Shown here: one piece after another, positions 28,025-37,314 of the stretch
Layout: every line of letters begins with the position of its first letter
Position numbering within the stretch: the first letter of the stretch is position 1
Origin: an uncultured delta proteobacterium
Lineage (GTDB): Bacteria > Desulfobacterota > Binatia > UBA9968
Assembly (NCBI GenBank): GCA_963737905.1
Contig: CAVTUQ010000002.1
Location: forward strand, 320,001-384,000
Direction: 5' to 3'
DNA length: 64,000 nt
The notes under the pieces: model-generated
Told to the model about the DNA's origin: nothing
The model's database searches: none
What the model saw: the letters and a program-made list of their open reading frames with translations, nothing else
Position numbers and translations under genes: made by a program

Positions 28025-28684
28025 TGGACGGCGTGCACGATATGGGCGGCATGGACGGTTTCGGCAAGGTCGAGCCCGAGCCAGACGAGCCGGTTTTTCA
28101 TCATCGCTGGGAGGGGCGCGTGCTGGCGATGAGCCGCGCCATCGGCGTCTTCCGCGCCTGGACCATCGATACCAGCCGTCATGCAATCGAATTGATGGCG
28201 CCGTCGATCTATTTGACCCGCCCTTATTACGAAAAATGGTTTCTGCGCAACCAACAGTTGCTCATCGAACGCGGCCTTATCGACTCTGACGAGGTCGCCG
28301 CCGGACGCGCCCTGCGGCCCGCGAAAAACATGAAGCGCGGCCCGTTCACACTGGCCGATGTCGAAAAAGTCACGCGCCGCGGTTCGTATGGACGACCAGC
28401 GCCGGCGCCGGCACAGCTTCAAAGTGGGCGACCGCGTGCGCGCGAAAAACATTCACCCAGCGACGCATACGCGCTTGCCCCGTTATGCGCGTGGACACGA
28501 GGGAGTGGTGGAGCGCCTGCATGGCGCGCATGTCTTTCCCGATGCAGCGGCTGCCGGCAAAGGGGAAGATCCGCAGTGGCTTTATACCGTGCGCTTCGAT
28601 GCCCAGGAGCTTTGGGGCGCGGACGCGGAACCAAAGTTGAAAGTCTCCATCGAAGCATTTGAGCCTTATCTCGAACATGTCTGA
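28024..28684 (+). CDS. nthB: nitrile hydratase beta subunit (frameshift near 28415)
   Basis: MDGVHDMGGMDGFG...WEGRV; continues in another frame as FKVGDRV...HTRLPRYARG...YTVRF..QELWG. Confidence 0.92.
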
Positions 28685-29075
28685 ATCTTCATTCATTGAA
28701 CCGCAAGCCGCCCGGCGCGCAGCGGAAGCGCTTCCGGGCGTTCCGCGCGACGCGAATGGCCCAGTCTTCCGCGCACCCTGGGAAGCCCATGCGTTTGCGA
28801 TGGCGCTGGCGCTCCACGAAAAAGGTCTCTTTGCCTGGACCGAGTGGTCCGCGATGCTTGGTGAGGAGATCAAGAAGGCGCAGGCGGCTGGCGATCCCGA
28901 CACCGGAGAAACCTACTACCGCCATTGGCTCGCGACGCTCGAACGCATGGTCGCGGCAAAAGGCGCGACCTCGGCGCAAGCGCTTGAGCATCATTACCAA
29001 GCCTGGGAACGCGCGATGCAGAGAACGCCTCATGGCAAACCCATTGAGTTACGAGCGGAAGACTTTCGTAGGTGA
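28677..29075 (+). CDS. nitrile hydratase accessory/activator protein (P14K-like)
   Basis: GPVFRAPWEAHAFAMAL.LHE.G.F.W.EW...YYRHWLATLE...TPHGKPIEL. Confidence 0.92.
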   Translation: MSESSFIEPQAARRAAEALPGVPRDANGPVFRAPWEAHAFAMALALHEKGLFAWTEWSAMLGEEIKKAQAAGDPDTGETYYRHWLATLERMVAAKGATSAQALEHHYQAWERAMQRTPHGKPIELRAEDFRR

Positions 29076-29171
29076 TGGTCTGCGTTGACGGCGTCTTCTC
29101 GTAGATGATGGAAGTCTATCGAAGGGGGTTCCATCGGTCTAAAATTGGGCCTGCCCTTGCCATCGACAGTG

Positions 29172-29573
29172 TCACAGCTTTGCTACGCGAAAAGATATCA
29201 GTCGGCGCATCGCCTCGAAATGACTGTCGGTGGTGACGAACAAGGCCCCTGTGTGTCGAGCCGTCAACGCCAGGAGAAGGTCGTTCTGGAGCCGACTCAG
29301 GCCTATCTCTTCGTGGTCCCGAAATATCTCGGGCAAAAGTCTCCCCGCATCATACCAGCATTCCCGCCACGACGGCGGTTCGATGGGCATCAATTGTCTG
29401 ACAAGCCGTTCAATGACGCTTCGTGACCGCTTCGACACACCCCGTAAGAGTTCGCTCGCCACTACCGGCGAAAGTCGGACCGGAACGCTACCCATTTGTT
29501 GAACGACTTGGTCAAACGAAAGCGCGCCGGTCAACAGATCGATATGGATACAGGTGTCAAAGAAGGCGATCAT
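29172..29573 (-). CDS. vapC: VapC PIN-domain toxin
   Basis: FFDTCIHID; VASELLRG; NDLLLALTA; VTTD.HF. Confidence 0.88.
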   Translation of the reverse strand: MIAFFDTCIHIDLLTGALSFDQVVQQMGSVPVRLSPVVASELLRGVSKRSRSVIERLVRQLMPIEPPSWRECWYDAGRLLPEIFRDHEEIGLSRLQNDLLLALTARHTGALFVTTDSHFEAMRRLISFRVAKL

Positions 29574-29757
29574 TCACTTGCGTTCGCTTCAACCTTCCTT
29601 CCGTTTCCCGCAGTATGCCATGCGACTTCAGTCGTTCTTCTTCCTCTGCCAGAAGAGTGTTGATTAGTTCAGACTGAGACTTGCAATGTCTGGCGCGCAT
29701 GAGGTTTCGAAGGCGAGGCTGAAGTATCCGAACGGTGACCGCCTTTCGTCCTGCCAT
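29557..29757 (-). CDS. putative VapB antitoxin (ribbon-helix-helix-like)
   Basis: Small basic ORF with RBS GGAGGG, overlapping vapC. Confidence 0.72.
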   Translation of the reverse strand: MAGRKAVTVRILQPRLRNLMRARHCKSQSELINTLLAEEEERLKSHGILRETEGRLKRTQVNDRLL

Positions 29758-29769
29758 AAGCCCTCCATG

Positions 29770-29807
29770 ATGACAATGATGATAGATTGTCATACACGTG
29801 TTTGCAA
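29770..29807 (-). promoter_or_regulatory. vapBC promoter with an inverted-repeat operator
   Basis: TTGCAA-17nt-TATCAT; ATGACAAT-N8-ATTGTCAT at 29770-29793. Confidence 0.65.
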
Positions 29808-29966
29808 CCTACCTTGTTACCCCACCAGCGTCGGGCATCTGGCGTCGCGCGGCGCGGGTCGGTACCGGGCTAAGGCTGAGCAGCTAAGGCAAATTTCTGC
29901 CACAGGATCGTGTCGTCCGGCCTTAGCGCCGCTCCCAAAAGAATAATGTTTTGGGCAGACTATGAT

Positions 29967-30018
29967 GCTTCAAATCCCGTAGAATCGCCTGGGATTGTCG
30001 GAAAGAATTTCCGTTTGA
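29967..30018 (-). repeat. second orphan copy of the amidohydrolase 3' end
   Basis: GCTTCAAATCCCGTAGAATCGCCTGGGATTGTCGGAAAGAATTT.CCGTTTGA matches from 37312 onward. Confidence 0.88.
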
Positions 30019-30073
30019 GCTAGAAAAGTGTGGAGAGTAGGGGTAGCGTTTTTCAACCTTATAATATCACAGG

Positions 30074-30841
30074 CTACACTCTTTCATCGATTCCGGGCTT
30101 CGTCCCCTTTGCAACAGGCTCGACGATGATTCCGCCTGGAGCGAGGAATTTGAAAAGCCTTCCATTGCCGGTAATAACTTCGCAGCCGTACTTATCCGCC
30201 TCAGTCGCACACTCGGCCACGTCATCCACCTCGATACCAAAGTGATCGCACTTTCCGTTGTACTCCTTTGTCCCGACGTCGGCCTTGTTTATCGCGATGT
30301 GTACGGTTCCGTCAGTCACATAGCGCACGGTCTCTCTTAATGCCGGGACTTTGACCTGAGTGAAGCCAAACACTTGGGTTAAGAAATCGCTGGTTCTATC
30401 TATGCCATCGACTCTCATCGCTAGATGAACGATACGCCCCTTAGTGCTCTTCTCTGGATCACGCTTTTTTTGGTATCTGCCCATCGGCACGATCTCCGCT
30501 AGCGGACCTCCTGGAACGCGGAATTTCACCGGTGGCGTTGTGGAATCACCCAGGATTTCACAGCCGAACTCGCGAACCGCCGCGACGTATTTATCGAGAT
30601 CGTCCACCTCAATGGCGAAGTGGTGAATGCACGGTCCGTCACCGGCAGCCTGGGCCATAGGGGATTTATCATCATCGTATTTGAGAAAGGTGAGATCGAT
30701 TTCACCGTCACTTAGACGATTCCTGGACCGGTCGTCCGCTCTGGATTTACCTACCGGAGACAAGCCAAACACTTTTTCATAAAACTCCGCAGCCTTGTCT
30801 AAGTCTTCCACTTTAACTGCAATATGGGCGATGCGCGGCAT
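30074..30841 (-). CDS. two-domain VOC/glyoxalase family protein
   Basis: RIAHIAVKVEDL.KAA.FY..VFGL; IHHFAIEVDD; second repeat HLAMRV...HFGIEVDD. Confidence 0.88.
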   Translation of the reverse strand: MPRIAHIAVKVEDLDKAAEFYEKVFGLSPVGKSRADDRSRNRLSDGEIDLTFLKYDDDKSPMAQAAGDGPCIHHFAIEVDDLDKYVAAVREFGCEILGDSTTPPVKFRVPGGPLAEIVPMGRYQKKRDPEKSTKGRIVHLAMRVDGIDRTSDFLTQVFGFTQVKVPALRETVRYVTDGTVHIAINKADVGTKEYNGKCDHFGIEVDDVAECATEADKYGCEVITGNGRLFKFLAPGGIIVEPVAKGTKPGIDERV

Positions 30842-31001
30842 GTTTTTCCTCCTTGGTCATTTGTTCTCGCAAGGAATATGAATTGTCGGTTCTGCTCGAC
30901 TCCTGGACGCTGAGCAAACATTTTGTTGCAAACCCAACCCTGGCCGACGTTATTGTAAGGCCAAATCTTTGTCAATCATCTTTTAGTTTGGTGACGGTTT
31001 C

Positions 31002-32183
31002 CTATTCGTTGGCCCGCACCGCGATCCAACCAGCGAGCAGGGCTCCCGCCACTGCGGCGAACTGCACCGCCGCCATCGGCACCCACGTACCGTCCGCGAG
31101 CATCCCGGTGAGCTGCTGCAGCGCGGCGGGCCAGAAGAACTGCGAGAACACCACCGCCCCCGCGGCAGAGCCGGCAAGCTCGGTGTCGACCGCCATCGCG
31201 GCGGCCTGGGCGTAGGGCATGGAGAGACCTTGGGCCAGGCTGACCAAGGTTCCCGGGATGTAGAGCGCAGCCATCGAGACGCCGCCGAAATAGAGCCAGC
31301 CGGCGAGCAGCGCCCCGCTGGCGACCCCAATCACGCTGCCCAGGGTGGTCATGAATTCGATCGAACGGCTGGCGCCGATGCGGCCCGAGATGAAACTCCC
31401 GGACATGAACCCGATCGGGAAGGCGAAAAACCACAGGCCAATCCGGGCGGCATCGGCGCCGAGAAGTTCGGCGGCGAGGAACGATGCCGCCGTCGCCTGG
31501 GTGTAGAAAGCGCCCGACATCAGTCCGGGTTGCAGCATGAAGCCGACGAAGCGCCGGCGCCGCAACAGCGACCTGTAGCCGGCGAATACACCATGCGGTA
31601 CGGCGGCGTTTCGAGCGCGGGTTTCCGGAACCGCGAAGGCCACCGCGAAGATTACCAGCAGCCCGACGGCCGACGCGAGCACGAACAGCGCGCGCCAACC
31701 GAAGAGGGCTGTGAGCTGGCCTCCGATGGGCGGTGCCACCATCGGCCCCAGCACATAGGCGGCGGTGAGATAGGCGATGACCTGGGCAACCCGGTCCTGG
31801 CCATAGACGTCGCGGGCAATGGCGCGTGCCAGCACGACGCCGCAACCCGCCCCCGCTCCCTGCAGAATACGCCCCGCGAGCAGCATCGGCATATTGGCGG
31901 CGGCCATGCAGCTGGCAGCCCCGCAGGTGAACAGCACCAGCCCGCCGAGCAGCACGCGCTTGCGCCCGAACTGGTCGGACAAGCCGCCATAGGCCACCGT
32001 GAAAAAGGCCATCGACAACATCGCGAGCGACAGCGTGAGCTGCGCCACGCCGGTCGAGACCCCGAACGCCTCCTTCACGGCCGGCATGGCCGGGATGAAC
32101 AGATGGATCGAGAGCGGCCCGATGAAGGTGATGGAGACCAGCGCGATGAAGAAATACCAGCGCGGCCGGAAGGGTATCGTCAT
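31002..32183 (-). CDS. Bcr/CflA-family MFS drug efflux transporter
   Basis: FIPAMP; GGLSDQFGRKRV; GRILQG; ARAIARD; APPIGG; PET. Confidence 0.9.
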   Translation of the reverse strand: MTIPFRPRWYFFIALVSITFIGPLSIHLFIPAMPAVKEAFGVSTGVAQLTLSLAMLSMAFFTVAYGGLSDQFGRKRVLLGGLVLFTCGAASCMAAANMPMLLAGRILQGAGAGCGVVLARAIARDVYGQDRVAQVIAYLTAAYVLGPMVAPPIGGQLTALFGWRALFVLASAVGLLVIFAVAFAVPETRARNAAVPHGVFAGYRSLLRRRRFVGFMLQPGLMSGAFYTQATAASFLAAELLGADAARIGLWFFAFPIGFMSGSFISGRIGASRSIEFMTTLGSVIGVASGALLAGWLYFGGVSMAALYIPGTLVSLAQGLSMPYAQAAAMAVDTELAGSAAGAVVFSQFFWPAALQQLTGMLADGTWVPMAAVQFAAVAGALLAGWIAVRANE

Positions 32184-32428
32184 GCTATATAGAAAACTTA
32201 GACAGATTTTTTTTCTGACGGGATATATCGCCGTACCGGCGAGCGCGTCAATCGCAAACGCGTAGCAAACGCGGAGCCTCTACATTCAAGTCTTTTACTT
32301 TTGGCAATCATCGGCCGCCTCACAATAACCTGACTCGCTTTCCGCATCGCGCCGGCCAAAGTCGTGCGATTGATCACTCGGCGGTACAGAAATATTGGAT
32401 TCTTGGCAGCGAAAAATCGGAAAAGGGT

Positions 32429-33409
32429 TCATGATCCGCGCACGCTTTCCCAGAAAAGTTCCTCTACGGCTACCCGATCCCGAATCAGTCCGTCCTTGAG
32501 TAGTTGCTCAACGGTCAACAAGAGCATGGCGCGGTTTTTTGAAAGTCCTGACACATAGGGATCCGCGCCAAACACCGATTCGCCCGGCTCCAGGCCGGCT
32601 TCCTTCCGAAAAATAAGCCTGGCAGCGGGGTCGCGCCGGTAGGCCTCCTGCTTCGAGCGCTCGAAGGCGTCGAACAGGGCTTCGGGGAGCCAGGGATTCT
32701 CCTCCACCACACGCCGCTGAATCCCGACAAGGTGATTGACGGGGGTGAACCCCGCGGTCCGGTAAAATTCTTCCATGAAGCCTCGCCCGCCATCGGGGAA
32801 CAGGGGTCTGACATTGGGCGATTTGGTGTCAATGGGGATGTTGGTGGCATTGGCTGCATCGAGCTCGCCGGACTGTAGCATCTCGTTCGTCTCGTCCTCG
32901 CGAGTCAAGAAGGTGATGGAAACCCCTGGCGGGGGATCGTCCTTCAAACCGAGCAGCACCGAATGGCTTTCATTCCCTATCCGGCCATTATACCAGGCGA
33001 TATCCCGGCTCTGGATTCCGTATAATCGGTCAATCATGGTTCGAAACCAAACAAAGGCGGTCTGCGTGTAATCCGCGACGGCCAGACGCTTTCCTTTAAT
33101 GTCGCCCGCACCCGTGATGCCCGACTGCACGTTCACCCAGGTGTTCAGCTGTAGCAATGCCCGGCTAAGAAAGATGGGGATGGCTGTCCATTGCCAACGG
33201 GCGGAAGGCCTGGAGCGAACGTTCACATAGTCTGAAATGGAAAACTCGAATACGTCAAAAGCATTGTCCCTGAGCTGCGCCGCGAATAACTCGCCGGGGT
33301 TTTTAAAGGTCGTCTCCCAGTGGATGTCGACGCCCTTCACTTGCACAGCACCATCGACCAACGGCGCCGACCTAGGGTTCCTAGAAAACGCGCCCTTCAA
33401 TGTAAGCAT
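32429..33409 (-). CDS. 4,5-dihydroxyphthalate decarboxylase-like (binding-protein fold) protein
   Basis: L.DG.V...G; FDVFEFSIS; IPIFLSR; DYTQTA.VW; PVNHLV; D(P)Y..GL..NR. Confidence 0.75.
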   Translation of the reverse strand: MLTLKGAFSRNPRSAPLVDGAVQVKGVDIHWETTFKNPGELFAAQLRDNAFDVFEFSISDYVNVRSRPSARWQWTAIPIFLSRALLQLNTWVNVQSGITGAGDIKGKRLAVADYTQTAFVWFRTMIDRLYGIQSRDIAWYNGRIGNESHSVLLGLKDDPPPGVSITFLTREDETNEMLQSGELDAANATNIPIDTKSPNVRPLFPDGGRGFMEEFYRTAGFTPVNHLVGIQRRVVEENPWLPEALFDAFERSKQEAYRRDPAARLIFRKEAGLEPGESVFGADPYVSGLSKNRAMLLLTVEQLLKDGLIRDRVAVEELFWESVRGS

Positions 33410-33439
33410 CGGTATCCTCCCTGACTAAGCGACATTGAG

Positions 33440-33481
33440 TGTTCAAATGGTTCAAGCCGTTCAAATCGTTCAAACCGTTGA
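33440..33481. repeat. 9-nt-period GTTCAAA/TTGAAC tandem repeat
   Basis: GTTCAAATG GTTCAAGCC GTTCAAATC GTTCAAACC GTTGA. Confidence 0.6.
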
Positions 33482-33799
33482 GATCAAAACCCTCGCTGAC
33501 ACGAACAGAGGTTCTCGCGTCCAACCGGCTCGCGATGACCTTTCTTGGCTCGTCGCCCACAGTTGGCCGACTGTGGGGCATAAAGGGCCCAAGTCGGCTT
33601 TTAGCTTATAAGTGACTTTGACTCAATGTGTCGAACCTCTGACGAGCGATCCGTCCTCGGAAATTCTCGCTTTCACACCACGATTGTATTGCAAAAACTC
33701 GTGCGCTTGACGACTCGCCGGTTGGACGATAGGGTATTAAGGATTTGCTATAATATAAACGGCACAAGACTAAACGGCATAAGATCAGGAGATACAATC

Positions 33800-34396
33800 A
33801 TGGCAACTACAACGGAGCGCCCTCTCGCTGATGCGCTCACCGCAATCAAGACGCGCCGCTCGGTGAAGGAGTACGTTTCCACCGAGATTCCTCGGGAGTG
33901 GATCGAGGAGCTACTCGACGCCGCCCACTGGGCGCCCAACCACAAATTGACCCATCCCTGGCGTTTTCACGTGTTTTCCGGAGAGGGGCGCGAGCGATTG
34001 GTCGGAGCCCGACAGGCGGCGGTACGTTGGGCTGCAGAGAAAAAGGGTCAGCAGGCGAGCGAAGAGGCTCTCGGCTTCGCGCGGGCTAAGTGTTATTCGT
34101 CCTCAGTCATTATTGTCGTTTCCATGGTGGGCGATGAGAACAAAATCGTTGACCAGGAGAACTTCGCGGCCTGCTGGTGCGCGATTGAGAACCTGCTGGT
34201 CGCCGCGAGCGCGCGAGGCCTGGGCAGCTATCCCAGCACGGGCGCCTGGATCGACCAAAACTTCGTTGGCCCAGTTCTCGGACTCACAGAGAAAGAGCGG
34301 CCGGTGGCGTGCATTTTCCTGGGGTACTCCGAGCAGCAGACTATGGCCAAGCGCCTGCCCGTGGAGCGCCATACCACCTGGTACACGGAGGCCTGA
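33800..34396 (+). CDS. nitroreductase family protein (YdjA-like)
   Basis: IKTRRSVK; AAHWAPNH...PWRF; AIENLL.AA.A.GLGS; IFLGY. Confidence 0.9.
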   Translation: MATTTERPLADALTAIKTRRSVKEYVSTEIPREWIEELLDAAHWAPNHKLTHPWRFHVFSGEGRERLVGARQAAVRWAAEKKGQQASEEALGFARAKCYSSSVIIVVSMVGDENKIVDQENFAACWCAIENLLVAASARGLGSYPSTGAWIDQNFVGPVLGLTEKERPVACIFLGYSEQQTMAKRLPVERHTTWYTEA

Positions 34397-34531
34397 AAGC
34401 TCAGAAGGGTTCACGTTAGCTTATCGGGCGAACGACTATCTCGCGCCGTGATTGCCACGGCGGCCATCGAGGTCACGGTCGAGCTTCGGTAAATAGGGTT
34501 GCTAGTCAATATAGATACAGGGAGATATACA

Positions 34532-35077
34532 ATGACACGCATTTCCATTATGACGCCCGACCAGATGAACGATGAACAGCGCGCCGTGATCGACGCATCC
34601 AAGGCCAACGGCAAGCCGCATGGCGGGCCATTCTGGGCCTATATTCGGAATCCCAAACTGATGCAGAACATCCAGAACATGGGAGCCTGTATCGCCGACA
34701 GCACCCTGTCCGCCCGCGAACAGCAGATCGTCATCTTGACCGTGGCGCGGTTCTGGGGCGCCAAATACCCGTGGGCCGTTCAGTGCCGCAACGCTCTTAA
34801 AGTTGGACTCACGCAGGAAGAGATCGACGCCATCAACGCCCGCGGCGCGCTGCCGACCGATGACAAGCGCGAATTGCTCGCGCATCAGATCGCCAACGAA
34901 CTGCTCGCCAACAAGGGACTACGCGACACCACCTATGCATCCGCCGAAGCAACCTTTAGCACTGAGGAGCTGGTAGCTCTGGTTGCCCGGATCGGCTCAT
35001 TCTCGATGACGTGTTGCACCGCCAACGCGTTCGATATCACGCCGCCTGATGACGCACCTGCCCGCCTTGAAGCATAA
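34532..35077 (+). CDS. carboxymuconolactone decarboxylase (CMD/AhpD-like) family protein
   Basis: GGPF..YIRNP; LSARE..I.IL..AR.W...Y.W. Confidence 0.8.
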   Translation: MTRISIMTPDQMNDEQRAVIDASKANGKPHGGPFWAYIRNPKLMQNIQNMGACIADSTLSAREQQIVILTVARFWGAKYPWAVQCRNALKVGLTQEEIDAINARGALPTDDKRELLAHQIANELLANKGLRDTTYASAEATFSTEELVALVARIGSFSMTCCTANAFDITPPDDAPARLEA

Positions 35078-35302
35078 AAACCGTGTTGCTCAATATAGAA
35101 TTGGATAGGGTCGTGCTTTGATTTCTTGACTATCCATTAGCTCGCCGTCCGCATCTCGCTTGCCAAAACTCCAAACGCTTACAGGCAAGAAGGTCTTAGC
35201 TAAATTGACATAACATTGTCCTTGAAGTATGTGGTCGGCATGGCAGCCGGCACTAAAGCTAGCCAACCCTATTTAAGATTTGCGGAATCGGAAGAAGAAA
35301 AC

Positions 35303-35432
35303 TCCCGCAAAGGCCCTAGGCATGTCCTGAGCGGCGTCGAAGGGGGCGCCAAGTTTCGGAAAATAAGTAAATTTCTTTCTTTGCGTGCTTGGCGTCCCTT
35401 CGACGTTGCTGCTCAGGACATGCTTGGCGGGA
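35303..35432. repeat. nested palindromic REPIN-like element
   Basis: GCATGTCCTGAGC..CGTCGAAGGG / CCCTTCGACG...GCTCAGGACATGC inside CCCGCAAAGG..CGCCAAG / CTTTGCG..CTTGGCG arms. Confidence 0.7.
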
Positions 35433-35493
35433 AAATTTCTTGAAGTCGTTTTGTCAAATATTTCAAAGAACCTAAAACATGGACGGAGGTAAA

Positions 35494-36537
35494 ATGAAAC
35501 TTTTTTACTTTTGGCCTTGCTCGATTTTCATCCTGGTATTTCTCTTCGCGAAGGACGGTGTCTGCCAGTCGCCTTATTATCAAGGCAAAACGATCACATT
35601 CATGCAAGGACGCGATCCCGGCGGCGTGGGAGACTTGAGAAATAAAGTGATTTTTCCCTTCATGCAAAAATACATTCCCGGGCATCCAACCATCATTTCA
35701 GAATACATGCCTGGAGGAGGCGGCAGAAAGGTTGCGAACCACGTCTATCATAATGTAAAGGGCGATGGGCTCACGATCGGCGCCAGCTCGCCGGGCATTC
35801 TTGCGAGCGCAGTGTTGGGAATGGCCGGCGTTAATTTTGATCCCGCCAAGTTTATCTATCTCGGATCGCCATTCAGCGAGAACAACAATATCTTTGTAAC
35901 CCGGAAAGCTCTCGGCATTAACAGCCTGGAAAAGCTGCGCGAGCGCGTCGGGCTCAGAGTCGGCGGCCAATCGGTGGGCCATGTGCAGTTCATCCGCAGC
36001 AGGCTCTTCGCCTGGCTTTTGGGCATCAAAGAACCGAGATTCGTCGTTGGCTATGCGGGCGCTGAATTGGATCTGGCCTTGGAGCGCGGTGAAATCGACA
36101 GCAGAGCTTCCGCGGTCGATAAGGACACGATGTCGGAGGAATACAAGAAGATCGCCGATTTTCACGCCATACTCGAGATTCCCAAAGGAAGTCGTCCGCC
36201 GGTATTTGCCGTTTTGCCAGAGGTCGGGACTTTCACTCGCACCCAGCTGGAAAGGGACGTTCTGGCGATGTCGCGGACTTTCTGGGGGGCCGGCACACTG
36301 ATCTTTCTACCGCCAAACACGCCGGAGAATTTGGTTCAGACAGTCAGGCAAGCAATTCGTAGGTCCTTCGAAGATCGAGAGTTTCATGAAGCGTACAAAA
36401 AACTACTCGGAGTGGAGCCGACGCCGTTGATGCCCGAGGATCAGCAGAAACTTGTGGCGGATCTTCCGCGGGATCCTGAGGTGGCTAAAGCTTTTGCAGC
36501 GATCGCTGATATCGGTCCTCTGCCGCCGCGCAAATAA
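35494..36537 (+). CDS. TctC/Bug-like substrate-binding protein
   Basis: YYQGKTI; GG.GD; YMPGGGGRK.AN; DGLTIG; ALERGEID; LPPNTP. Confidence 0.88.
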   Translation: MKLFYFWPCSIFILVFLFAKDGVCQSPYYQGKTITFMQGRDPGGVGDLRNKVIFPFMQKYIPGHPTIISEYMPGGGGRKVANHVYHNVKGDGLTIGASSPGILASAVLGMAGVNFDPAKFIYLGSPFSENNNIFVTRKALGINSLEKLRERVGLRVGGQSVGHVQFIRSRLFAWLLGIKEPRFVVGYAGAELDLALERGEIDSRASAVDKDTMSEEYKKIADFHAILEIPKGSRPPVFAVLPEVGTFTRTQLERDVLAMSRTFWGAGTLIFLPPNTPENLVQTVRQAIRRSFEDREFHEAYKKLLGVEPTPLMPEDQQKLVADLPRDPEVAKAFAAIADIGPLPPRK

Positions 36538-36655
36538 ACGGAAATTATCATCGCATGACACGCTCTACAGTCTTTTCGAGTTTATGCTCAGTCACGCGTT
36601 CTTCCAGCCGTCCAGCTTGATGTGTGAGCAGAAATCTTCCGAGGAAACTCCGCGT

Positions 36656-37204
36656 TTAACGCTTGAGGTGCGACGGCGCGTCCGTCGGCGGTTCGGCGCC
36701 AACAACATTTGCCATCATCGCAGTCGTAGAAAAATGGCCGATCACGCCTACCACGTCGGCGAGGCGTTGATAGCCAATCGTCGATTCAGCGGCCTTGAAG
36801 ATGTCGTCTGCTAACGATCCGGTTGCCAGCAGTTCACGCGCCACGGCGTGCACCATCTCGTCGGCGCTGTCCGTGAATTTCGGCTGTTCCCTCGCGTTGA
36901 TGGCCTCGATCACGGCCCGGTCAACGCCTGCGGCCAGCGCCATCGCAGCTTGCGCGCTCCAGGGGTATGCGGCGTTCCAGTGTTGCGCCGTCATCAGCGA
37001 CACGATCCGCACCTGCTCAGACGTCAACGAACAGTCAAGGAGATGCGCACTCGATGCGTTGTGGACCTGCCAGAGGCCCGGCGAATACGCATAGCCGACC
37101 GATGGCCCTCTGCCGACCCGCCCGGTCGTTGCCACGGTCGCGTCGTAAACCTTCTGCTGTTCCGCGGCCATCTCGTCTCGGCTCAACACGGGTATTCTCG
37201 TCAT
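36656..37204 (-). CDS. CMD/AhpD-like family protein
   Basis: Paralog-like to 34532-35077 (MTRI.....M..EQ; W...YPW..Q...AL..G). Confidence 0.8.
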   Translation of the reverse strand: MTRIPVLSRDEMAAEQQKVYDATVATTGRVGRGPSVGYAYSPGLWQVHNASSAHLLDCSLTSEQVRIVSLMTAQHWNAAYPWSAQAAMALAAGVDRAVIEAINAREQPKFTDSADEMVHAVARELLATGSLADDIFKAAESTIGYQRLADVVGVIGHFSTTAMMANVVGAEPPTDAPSHLKR

Positions 37205-37259
37205 GTTTCCACTCCTGATTGCTTATTGGCCAAGGCTGGCGGTAGCGAACCTGGCCGAT

Positions 37260-37300
37260 GGGGCGCAAATCTTGACTTGAGCACTTGTGAGATCCTGAAA
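37260..37300 (-). repeat. short transposase 3'-end remnant, copy 9 (opposite strand)
   Basis: Reverse complement reads TTTCAGGATCTCAC-AAGTGCTCAAGTCAAGATTTGCGCCCC. Confidence 0.75.
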
Positions 37301-37314
37301 TGACATTCCAAGCT

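Noticed and set aside
27221-28186. 321-aa minus-strand ORF
   Set aside because: Antisense shadow of nthA/nthB.
31230-32192. 320-aa plus-strand ORF
   Set aside because: Antisense shadow of the MFS transporter.
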